NCBI GenBank assembly: GCA_014727815.1
Contig: WJMS01000257.1
Location: forward strand, 1 to 60,577
DNA: 60,577 nucleotides
Direction of reading: 5' to 3'
Source: a candidate division GN15 bacterium
Lineage (GTDB): Bacteria; Zixibacteria; MSB-5A5; GN15; FEB-12
Part shown: piece after piece, positions 36,830-44,641 of the stretch
How the letters are laid out: each line of letters begins with the position of its first letter
Numbering within the stretch: position 1 is the first letter of the stretch
Made by a program: the position numbers and the translations under genes
Notes under the pieces: model-generated
Database searches by the model: none
Seen by the model: only the letters and a program-made list of their open reading frames with translations
What the model was told of the DNA's origin: nothing

Positions 36830-37402
36830 GGAACGATTGGCTGCGTCTGCCCACCCAACCGCACGGAATGTGACCGTCATCTCTCCCCGGCCGTGCACGA
36901 CGCCTCATCCCGTTCCGGTACCCGAGCAGGTCAGGTCGCCCTTCGTCGGGCTCAGGATAAACTTGCGACCTGACAGACCACTGCAAAGCAGGTTTGTCCG
37001 CAATCCTGCCGCAAGAAAACGGCACGCGTGAAAACAAATGTGCCCTGCTGCCGACTCACCACACGTTCCGTCAGATGCTGGCGAGTCGGCCCGCCCCACT
37101 TTCACTACAACTTCGCCCCTGAATGCGACCCCACCCCCTCATAAAAAGACATCCGTCAATCGCCCCATGCACATTCACTACAAAGGGACTCGCGATGCGA
37201 CCGAAAAGAACGCTCCGTAAAACAACTAACCCGATACGCCTCAACCGGCTACGTCGAATCACCGAGAATAAAACACCCCCAAAAATGACAAAACGAACCC
37301 ATTTCGCTGTAACCCGCACCGGGACAACCTTGTACCACGACTTTTTCGTTTTCCATGGCGATTTGCCCACGGTCGTCGCACCGTCATACCTGCACTCTCG
37401 GC

Positions 37403-37431
37403 AACAAAAAAGCCCCGCCGAGACGGGGCTT
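37403..37431 (-). terminator. rho-independent terminator of the flgM-HDOD transcript
   Basis: Minus strand: AGCCCCG-TCTCGG-CGGGGCT followed by TTTTTTG, 27 nt after the HDOD stop. Confidence 0.8.
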
Positions 37432-37457
37432 GAACGCACTTCACTTGATGAAACGTG

Positions 37458-38363
37458 TCACCCGGTCAGACCGGCCATCTGCATGAACGTCTCCGCCTTG
37501 ACATACTCTTCGCGCAGCGACTCGCAGAACATCTCGATCTGTCCGTCGGTCAATTGCATATAGTCCATCACCTCGGCCGACAACTCGCCTACCCGGAATG
37601 CGTCATCGTCGAAATAGAACGTCTTCTTCGCAATATGATTGGCCACATGCACGAGATAACCGATCGCCTCACCGGAGGGTGCTTTTTCAGGATGATGATG
37701 ATACGTTATCGCTTCACACAACTTGGCGGGCAGCTTCCACTGGGCGGCCAGCAGTGCCCCAACCTGATCATGCGTATAACCGAGTACCGACGATTCAATA
37801 TCGTAATCGGTTGCCACCTTCTCGGCCGCGCGCGCTTCGCTGTAGCGCTTGTAGTGGTCGGGCAGATAGCAGGCGATAATGATCTTGCCGATATCGTGCA
37901 GCAGCCCGCCGGAAAAAGCCGTGTCGGGATCAACCAGCCCGCGGGCGCGAAGTTTGCGGGAGATGATCCGGCCGCAGAAAGCCGTTGCCAGCGAGTGACG
38001 CCAGAACTGTTCCTGAAACTCCTGGTCGTAGTCCTTGCCCTTGAACATGTCGATCACCGACGCCGACAGCACGAGGTTCTTGATAGCCTCGAGACCAACC
38101 ACGACCACCGCCTGTTTGACCGAATCGATCTCGCGCGACAGGCCGTAAAACGCCGAGTTGGTCAGCTTGAGCACCTTGACCGACATGGCCGGGTCCTCGG
38201 ACAGGATACCCGCGATCTGGCCGGCCGAGACTTTCGGATCGTTTATGACTTTTTGAATCTGATGAAAGACGATTGGCGGGGTCGGCAGATTACGTATGTT
38301 GGAAACAACCTGTTTTACCTTGCTGTCGACTACCGGTTCGTTGCTGCTGATTGCTTCTGCCAT
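37458..38363 (-). CDS. HDOD-domain signalling protein
   Basis: LPTPPIVFHQIQKVINDPKVSAGQIAGILSEDPAMSVKVLKLTNSAFYG plus HD-like GGLLHDIGK form the HDOD pattern. Lies 19 nt downstream of flgM. Confidence 0.85.
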   Translation of the reverse strand: MAEAISSNEPVVDSKVKQVVSNIRNLPTPPIVFHQIQKVINDPKVSAGQIAGILSEDPAMSVKVLKLTNSAFYGLSREIDSVKQAVVVVGLEAIKNLVLSASVIDMFKGKDYDQEFQEQFWRHSLATAFCGRIISRKLRARGLVDPDTAFSGGLLHDIGKIIIACYLPDHYKRYSEARAAEKVATDYDIESSVLGYTHDQVGALLAAQWKLPAKLCEAITYHHHPEKAPSGEAIGYLVHVANHIAKKTFYFDDDAFRVGELSAEVMDYMQLTDGQIEMFCESLREEYVKAETFMQMAGLTG

Positions 38364-38382
38364 ATGTCATCCACCCTCGCCG

Positions 38383-38730
38383 TCAGGCGCCCATATCGTC
38401 GGACAGACGATCGGCAATCGTGTCGATCACGTCGCGGTTCTGATAAAACCCCGAGAGAATCTTCAGTCGAATCTGCTCCAGTTTACCGTCCGCCAGGCTC
38501 GACTCTTCGGCCGTCGCCGATGCTTCCTCGACCGATCCACCGTCCATTGTCAGTTGCTCCCGGCGCGCCTGGTCGGCTTCGTGCGCCAGCCGGGCGCGGC
38601 CGTCTTCTGAGATCTCGACCCGGTCGTCGGCCGGTTTTTTCGATGACTCGTCGTGCTGATTCGGCATCGGCTTCGCTACCTGAGTCGGATCCGGTCGCTG
38701 GTGATGTGCAAGAGGTCCAATCTTCATCAT
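38383..38730 (-). CDS. flgM: anti-sigma-28 factor FlgM
   Basis: 115 aa with a disordered N-terminal half. The C-terminus DGKLEQIRLKILSGFYQNRDVIDTIADRL matches the FlgM sigma-28-binding helices. Flagellar context. Confidence 0.7.
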   Translation of the reverse strand: MMKIGPLAHHQRPDPTQVAKPMPNQHDESSKKPADDRVEISEDGRARLAHEADQARREQLTMDGGSVEEASATAEESSLADGKLEQIRLKILSGFYQNRDVIDTIADRLSDDMGA

Positions 38731-38777
38731 CTCACCATCCAGTTAAAGGGTTCCTTCCTATATGTCCCTATATAGTG

Positions 38778-38806
38778 CTATCGTCCGATTTGTCGCACTC
38801 CTTTAG
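38778..38806 (-). promoter_or_regulatory. sigma-28-like promoter upstream of flgM
   Basis: Minus strand: CTAAAGGAGTGCGACAAATCGGACGATAG. That is TAAA-16 nt-GACGATAG, 6/8 to GCCGATAA, ~47 nt upstream of the flgM start. Confidence 0.4.
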
Positions 38807-38822
38807 GCCGTTGCTGGCCCGG

Positions 38823-39278
38823 CTATTTCCGACCGTCCACGAACTGGGGCGAGGACGGTTCGGTATCCCGCAGGTACTGCAGGATCTTGTGACTGTGCTT
38901 CAGCTCTTCAAGCTCCACCCGTATCCGCTGGTGGCGACCGCGCAGGTACTCCTCGTTGCTCTCCACCAGGGCGACGTTCTTCTTGACCAGGGTCACGATA
39001 CTCGTCACCAGCCGCTTGATCTCGGGATTGACCGAGGCCAGCTTGAACTGCCGCGGATCCCGGTTCTTGATCTCCGTGATTTTCTCTTCCGACGCGTTGA
39101 TCCGCTTCTGGCAGCGCTCGATTTCCGCGTACAGGTCGAGCAGGTGCTCGTCCTTGTCGTACTTGAGCAGATCGCGCTGTTTGTCCAGCAGGATATACAG
39201 CGACTGGTAAAAGGAGTACTCCTGCTTGAGGACCCCGATCAGTTCTCGTTCCAGACGAGTCAGTGCGTTTTCAGTCAT
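38823..39278 (-). CDS. flagellar export chaperone, FliT/FlgN-like
   Basis: 151 aa all-helical protein placed directly after fliS, the position fliT occupies in fliD-fliS-fliT operons. No stronger sequence evidence. Confidence 0.5.
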   Translation of the reverse strand: MTENALTRLERELIGVLKQEYSFYQSLYILLDKQRDLLKYDKDEHLLDLYAEIERCQKRINASEEKITEIKNRDPRQFKLASVNPEIKRLVTSIVTLVKKNVALVESNEEYLRGRHQRIRVELEELKHSHKILQYLRDTEPSSPQFVDGRK

Positions 39279-39279
39279 G

Positions 39280-39714
39280 TTACCCCGATACGGTAAAACC
39301 GTTGCTGGGCGCGGTGGCGGCCGGGGCGGGCGCGCTCGACCGGTCGGCCGGCTGCTCCTTGAGCCCCTTCCACCCGCTTTTCAGGTTTTCGAGGATACGA
39401 ATATTGGCCGCGATAATCTCCTGGTCACGGGTCGCCTGCGCGATATCGATCTGGCAGATCAAAAACGTGTACAGCTTGCCCAGCGATTGGGCGATCTCCC
39501 CGCCCTGCTCATCGTCCAGCGTCGTGTACAGGTGCACCAGGAACTTGCGCGCCCGCTGCATCTGCTCGTAACCGGCATCATAGCGCTTGTTCTGATAGGC
39601 GTCACCGGCGCTGCGGAAAGCGCCGATTGCGCCGTCGTAAACCTGCAGGATCAGGTCAATCTGCGACTTGCCGAGAGTGTCGATCGTCCGATAGGTGTTC
39701 AGTTTGCCGTCCAT
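39280..39714 (-). CDS. fliS: flagellin-specific chaperone FliS
   Basis: YRTIDTLGKSQIDLILQVYDGAIGAFRSA...IIAANIRILENLKSGW is the typical FliS four-helix pattern. 144 aa. Confidence 0.85.
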   Translation of the reverse strand: MDGKLNTYRTIDTLGKSQIDLILQVYDGAIGAFRSAGDAYQNKRYDAGYEQMQRARKFLVHLYTTLDDEQGGEIAQSLGKLYTFLICQIDIAQATRDQEIIAANIRILENLKSGWKGLKEQPADRSSAPAPAATAPSNGFTVSG

Positions 39715-39742
39715 GGTCCTCCCAGTACGGTATACCGGCGGC

Positions 39743-42079
39743 CTAGCCGCCCTGGTTGAATTTCCAGTTGTTGTCCAGCGATGCGATTTTGCTGCTCAGG
39801 AAACTGCCGATCGAATTCATCTGCCCGATCGCCTGCTCCATTGCGTAGAAGTCTTTTAAGAGGCGCTCGCGGCGAAGTTCGAGTCGCTGGTCGAACTCAC
39901 CGATCCGCGCGTTGAGGTTGTCGATCTGCCCCTGGACACCCTTGATCCGGACATCCAGCATGCCACTGCCCGCCTGCGACAGGCTGTCCACCGTATCGTC
40001 GAGACGCGAGGCAATCCCCTTGGCAATCGTCACGCTCCCCTCAGCGCCGTCAGTGACCTGGCTCGTGTCGAGCGTGATGCGCAACTGCAAGCCCTCGGTG
40101 GTGGCGTTGCCCTCTTTGCCTTTGAGTAGCTGCCCGGTGCCTTCGGCGGCTTCACCGTTGATCGTCCCCTCGACATCAACACCGTCCTCCGATACGCCCG
40201 TGGCCAGCCCGAGGGCGCCGGCCGCGCTGTTGGTTACCGAAGTAATGACGTTGACGCTCGATGACGACCCGTAGGTGGAACTGCTGAACGCCAGGTAGCC
40301 GGAGTCGGCGCCCGTCTCGACCCATTCGACCGTCAGGCCGCGCGTGCCGAGCTTGGCGTCGTTGTCGATCTGGTTCTGGATCTCGGTGACGAGTTCCTCG
40401 GTCGTGTCGTACGTCCGCTCGCTGAGAATGATCTCCTCAGACTCGACCCCGTCCATCGACAGCCGAAGACGATTGTTGCTGCCGTCGAGCGTCAGCGGCG
40501 TGACATACGGGCTGTCGATCGACATGCCGCGGAACTGCCCGCGCGTGGCGGCCTTCGTAATGTCGACATCAAACGCCTCCCCCACTTTCGTCCTGGCAGT
40601 GGCGGAAACGAAGCTGATGCTCTCGGTCGAACTGTTGCCGGAGTCGACAAAGAGGTTGATGACATCGTCGAGATTGTTGCGGATCGCGTTTTCGAGCGCA
40701 CTCGAATCGCGAACGGTCAGCTGCCCCTGGGCGTTGGTTCGAATACCGATCGTCGCGAGCTGGTTGTACTTGCTTTCCAGTCCGGCCACCGGGTTGGCGA
40801 TCGCCCGGCGCAACGAGTACTGCATCATCTGCACCGAGTAGTCACCCAGCAGCGTCCCGGCTTCGCCGGTGTCCGCGTTGTAGTCGTTCTGGCTGTCGAC
40901 GAATTTATTGACGTCGTTGAGCTTGGTCAGCAAGCCCTGGATCGTCTCTTTGATCGCGGCAACATCAATATCGGTCTTCAGCGAGACTGTCTCCCCCGGC
41001 GGCGTTACCTTACCGGCCGTCAGCGACAGACCCGATATGACCTGCTTGAACTCATTGGTTTCGGAAGTAATCGTAATTGGTGAGCCGCCACCGTCGGAAG
41101 ATCCAATGGCCAGACGGGCGTCGGACGCGTCCTGCAACAGCGGCGCAAACGTGCCGACCTGGAAGGTATCGCCGGCCTGTAATTGGCCCGACGAGAAAGT
41201 CAGCTTGAGCCCGTCGGCCCCCTCACCGACCAGCTCAACCTCCGTGTCTGCCTGGGTGACGACGATCGAACCGGAGTTCGTGCCGTCGGTCCAGTCGAGC
41301 ACGATATTGTCACTGCCGACCGTCTGTTGACCGGTACCGGCCACTGTGAAGGTGTACGTCTTGTTGGTCGTGCCGGTATACGCGGCGGTCGCGCCCAGGG
41401 CCAGCGTAGCGTCAGACTCGGCATCGACCGACACTGCTTCCGGGTTGTCGAAGGTGGCGGTCGTGAAGTTCAGAGACTTATCGCCGGTGAGGTTCGACTC
41501 GAGATGTATGCGGTTTTTGACGCCGGTCTTGTCGGCCGACAGGACAAGCCGATACGGATTCGATTCGGAACCGTCATTGACAATACTGGCCCGCACGCCG
41601 GCATCGGCGCTGTTGATCGCGTTTTTGATACCGGTCAGCGAGTTATTACCGGCGTCGATGGTGATGTCCGTCGTGGCGCCATCACCGACGCTGATACTAA
41701 TCGTTCCGGTACCGAACTGAGCCAGCGATTCATCGTCAAACCCCTGGCTGGCGATCTGGTGGTTTCGAGCCAGCGCCTGGACCTGGATATCGTAGGAGCC
41801 GCTGCCGACCCGCCCGGAAGCGGTAGCCGTCAGGTAGCTGTCATCGGAGACCGACACGTCCGTAGCTTCAAACGTCGTGGCCCGCGACAACGACCGGGTC
41901 TGGGTCGCCAGGGCGAGCAGTTTCGCCTGAAAGGCCTTGTAGGTCGTAACGATATTCGTCTTTTCGGCGACCTGCCGTTCCATGAGAACAGCCGGACGGC
42001 GCTCGTACTGGAGAATGGAGTTGATGATCTCGGTGGTATTGAGACCGGATGAGATTCCGTCGATCGACGTGAGTGGCAT
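39743..42079 (-). CDS. fliD: flagellar filament cap protein FliD (expanded, 778 aa)
   Basis: N-terminus ISSGLNTTEIINSILQYERRP and C-terminus RLLKDFYAMEQAIGQMNSIGSFL are FliD N/C domains. The long Thr/Ser/Gly-rich middle includes SLTGIKNAINSADAGVRASIVNDGS...YRLVLS. Confidence 0.9.
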   Translation of the reverse strand: MPLTSIDGISSGLNTTEIINSILQYERRPAVLMERQVAEKTNIVTTYKAFQAKLLALATQTRSLSRATTFEATDVSVSDDSYLTATASGRVGSGSYDIQVQALARNHQIASQGFDDESLAQFGTGTISISVGDGATTDITIDAGNNSLTGIKNAINSADAGVRASIVNDGSESNPYRLVLSADKTGVKNRIHLESNLTGDKSLNFTTATFDNPEAVSVDAESDATLALGATAAYTGTTNKTYTFTVAGTGQQTVGSDNIVLDWTDGTNSGSIVVTQADTEVELVGEGADGLKLTFSSGQLQAGDTFQVGTFAPLLQDASDARLAIGSSDGGGSPITITSETNEFKQVISGLSLTAGKVTPPGETVSLKTDIDVAAIKETIQGLLTKLNDVNKFVDSQNDYNADTGEAGTLLGDYSVQMMQYSLRRAIANPVAGLESKYNQLATIGIRTNAQGQLTVRDSSALENAIRNNLDDVINLFVDSGNSSTESISFVSATARTKVGEAFDVDITKAATRGQFRGMSIDSPYVTPLTLDGSNNRLRLSMDGVESEEIILSERTYDTTEELVTEIQNQIDNDAKLGTRGLTVEWVETGADSGYLAFSSSTYGSSSSVNVITSVTNSAAGALGLATGVSEDGVDVEGTINGEAAEGTGQLLKGKEGNATTEGLQLRITLDTSQVTDGAEGSVTIAKGIASRLDDTVDSLSQAGSGMLDVRIKGVQGQIDNLNARIGEFDQRLELRRERLLKDFYAMEQAIGQMNSIGSFLSSKIASLDNNWKFNQGG

Positions 42080-42142
42080 GGGACTCCTAATCCTCTGTTA
42101 TGACGTCACTGTCAGCAACAATTGCTCATCGTGTAAAGGGCG

Positions 42143-42173
42143 GTTCCGGAGGAGGCTGAACCTCCTCCGGAAC
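42143..42173 (-). terminator. 13 bp perfect hairpin after the flagellin gene (terminator/attenuator before fliD)
   Basis: gttccggaggagg-ctgaa-cctcctccggaac, 17 nt after the flagellin stop. On the minus strand it is followed by CGCCCTTTACA, only a weak U-tract. Confidence 0.6.
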
Positions 42174-42189
42174 GCGCGTGCTATTCGAC

Positions 42190-44370
42190 TTAGAAGAGCG
42201 ACAGAACCGTCTGCGGAACCTGGTTGGCCTGAGCCAGCATGGCGGTGCCAGCCTGGACCAGAATCTGGTTCTTGGTGAATTCTGACATCTCTTCAGCCAT
42301 ATCGGTGTCACGAATCATCGATTCGGAGGCCGAGAGGTTCTGGGCCGCGACCCGGAGGTTACGCAAGTTGGATTCCAGCGTGTTCTTCTGGAAGCTACCG
42401 AGCGTACCGCGAGTCGTGGAAACCTCGTTGATCGCCGCATCGATAATCGTCTGGGCATCCTGAGCGCCCTGGACAGTGGTCACATCGATCTCGGAGAGCG
42501 AGCGGAACGTGTTGCCCGCAATGTTCTTACCGAGAGACGAGGCGGACATGTCGCGCACGCCGATGGAGGCCGTCTGACCGACGTTTGCGCCGATCTGGAA
42601 GACCAGCGACTGGTCGGTGTTGTTGATCGTCTCGGAACCACCGGTCGAGGTCAGACCGATGTTCAGCAGCAGCGACTCGGAGCGATCGGCGTTGTAGACG
42701 GTCGAATCGAAGCCGGCCGTCACGGACTGCGACGGGCCACCATCGAGACGGACATCGAACTTCGCCGCTTCGACATCGAGCAGCAGGTTCCCGACGTCGA
42801 TACCGGTCGAGGCCTTGGCGACGACCATATCGATCGAGCCGCGGTTGGCGTCGTCGGAATCGCCGGTGTACAGGGTCACGTTCTGCGTGGTCGCGTAGGC
42901 AACCTTGTCAATCGTGTTGGTGTAGTTGTCGAACCGGATGATCGCGTCGGTACCACGGACGGCCAGCGTGTCGTTGCTCAGGTTCAGGGCGTGACGGAGG
43001 TTACCGGTGGTGGTATCGCCGTCGTCGGCCAGGACCTGAATCGAGTAGTTGGAGCCTTCGTCCTTGGTCCGGAACTCGATCCGGTTGCTGTCGACCAGGA
43101 ACGCCTCAATATCGTTGACGCCGCCGGAAATGGTGGCGAAGGCGGTGGAGCTGGCCAGCGCCGTGTTGATATCGTCGACCAGCTGCGAGTACGACGTGTA
43201 AGTCGTGGCACTCAGCTGAATCTGGGCGTTGGTGTTGCCGTTGGCCTCGGTGTTCACGGTCAGGTTCAGACCATCATCGGAAACACCGCGCTTGGAACCC
43301 GTGGTGAAGGCGAAGTACTCAACACCGTCGGTACCACCGGAGACCTTGGTCGAGGCGCCGGTCTGGACCGAGTACTGGGCGCCGGCATTAGCGGTCTGCA
43401 GCGCGATCTCGGCGCCGGCGGTCGCGAAGACGACCTTACCGGACAGCGACGAGTTCAGGGCGACCTGGGTGTTCAGCTTGCCGACCACGTCTTCCTGCGT
43501 ATCGCTCTCGGCGATCGTGACGGTCAGGGTCTGGTTACCGGTCGGGGACTCGCCGTTCTCCTGGTAGTTGATCACGACGTTGTAGGTACCGGCGGTCGAG
43601 GCCTGCACGGCACCGGAGGTGGCGGTAGCGTTGATCGTCGCCACGGCCGAGGCGGTGTTGACCTGCAACCCGTTACCAAAGGCATCGGTCAGCGTGATCG
43701 CATCAGAGCGCTTCTTGGCGACGTCGGAGGCCTGGACCACGTCCACGTTGTGGATCTTCTCTTCCAGGTTGTACGGATCACCATCAGTGTTCTGCAGCGA
43801 CAGACCCAGCGAGGTAGTGTTCAGCGATGCGCTGGCCTCGGCGGTCTTCGTGATCGTTACCGAGTGGGTGCCGTCAGTGAGGTTCGACCGGCGGACGGTC
43901 AGTTCGGACGTGTTGGACGACGTGATCGTCGCAATGTTGTCCTTGGAGCCATCGAGGATCTTCTTGGTACCGAACTGCGTGTTGGCAGCGATACGGTCGA
44001 CGGTCTTGATGGCGTTTTCGATTTCGGCCTGGTCCGCAGCCAGCTGGTCGGCATCGTTGAAGCCTTCGTTGGCGGCGTGAATGGCCAGTTCGCGCATCGA
44101 GATCAGCAGGTTGTTGATTTCCGTCAGCGCGCCCTCAGCAGTCTGGATCATCGAGATCGATCCTTCGTTGTTCTGGATCGCGCGGTTGAGACCGGCGATC
44201 TGCGAGCGGAACTGCTCGGAGATCACCAACCCGGCCGGATCATCGGCGGCCTGGTTGATACGGAAACCGGACGACAGCTTCTGCATGGATTTGTTCATGG
44301 CAGTTGTCGTCAGTTTCAGATTGCGGTTCGCATTGATTGCCGCAATGTTGTGATTGATGCGAAGTGACAT
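42190..44370 (-). CDS. fliC: flagellin (726 aa, Hag-like termini with very large internal insertion)
   Basis: N-terminus MSLRINHNIAAINANRNL...GFRINQAADDPAGL and C-terminus IRDTDMAEEMSEFTKNQILVQAGTAMLAQANQVPQTVLSLF are near-textbook flagellin D0/D1. Confidence 0.95.
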   Translation of the reverse strand: MSLRINHNIAAINANRNLKLTTTAMNKSMQKLSSGFRINQAADDPAGLVISEQFRSQIAGLNRAIQNNEGSISMIQTAEGALTEINNLLISMRELAIHAANEGFNDADQLAADQAEIENAIKTVDRIAANTQFGTKKILDGSKDNIATITSSNTSELTVRRSNLTDGTHSVTITKTAEASASLNTTSLGLSLQNTDGDPYNLEEKIHNVDVVQASDVAKKRSDAITLTDAFGNGLQVNTASAVATINATATSGAVQASTAGTYNVVINYQENGESPTGNQTLTVTIAESDTQEDVVGKLNTQVALNSSLSGKVVFATAGAEIALQTANAGAQYSVQTGASTKVSGGTDGVEYFAFTTGSKRGVSDDGLNLTVNTEANGNTNAQIQLSATTYTSYSQLVDDINTALASSTAFATISGGVNDIEAFLVDSNRIEFRTKDEGSNYSIQVLADDGDTTTGNLRHALNLSNDTLAVRGTDAIIRFDNYTNTIDKVAYATTQNVTLYTGDSDDANRGSIDMVVAKASTGIDVGNLLLDVEAAKFDVRLDGGPSQSVTAGFDSTVYNADRSESLLLNIGLTSTGGSETINNTDQSLVFQIGANVGQTASIGVRDMSASSLGKNIAGNTFRSLSEIDVTTVQGAQDAQTIIDAAINEVSTTRGTLGSFQKNTLESNLRNLRVAAQNLSASESMIRDTDMAEEMSEFTKNQILVQAGTAMLAQANQVPQTVLSLF

Positions 44371-44574
44371 GTGGTCCTTCCTCCTTGAGTATTACTGTAA
44401 GGTTTCCTTACCCTTTTGTTTTCGTACTCCGTTTCACGGTCATGTCACTTCCTATGTCGGGGAAATCACCGGTGTCGATGGTCCTATTCACACCGCGCGT
44501 GTTGTTTATTCCTGAACACCCTCCTCTGCTACAGACCTGAATCTGTTTACCGCCTTCTTTTTATCTTATCAGTT

Positions 44575-44601
44575 TTTTCGGCATTCGCGGGCCCAACTTA
44601 A
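44575..44601 (-). promoter_or_regulatory. sigma-28-like promoter of the flagellin gene
   Basis: Minus strand: TTAAGTTGGGCCCGCGAATGCCGAAAA. That is TAAG-14 nt-GCCGAAAA, 7/8 to GCCGATAA. It implies a ~195 nt leader. Confidence 0.45.
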
Positions 44602-44641
44602 TAGAATTGCCCGCATTTTTTGGGCCTCGCGGCCGGTGCGA

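Noticed and set aside
36751-37402. Looked for tmRNA, RNase P RNA, SRP RNA and familiar riboswitch cores in the spacer
   Set aside because: None of these was found: a GGAAAGTCC-type RNase P core, an SRP GGAAGCAGC-type motif, a tag-peptide reading frame with a tRNA-like 3' end, or a riboswitch consensus I could match by eye. The region is left as an unclassified structured element.
36594-37563. ORFs inside or around the long spacer (36594..37037 -, 36905..37105 -, 37071..37439 -, 37123..37563 +)
   Set aside because: Arg/Gly/Cys/Ser-rich with no motifs. They overlap one another, the HDOD terminator or neighbouring genes. No SD or start context was found.
954-44367. Very long plus-strand ORFs (for example 954..2972, 3082..4695, 10726..12147, 17470..19311, 35188..36873, 37455..39296 and 42991..44367)
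   Set aside because: Each lies antisense to a well-supported minus-strand gene. All are Arg/His/Pro/Leu/Gln-rich with no recognisable motifs. Stop-free antisense frames are expected in GC-rich coding DNA.
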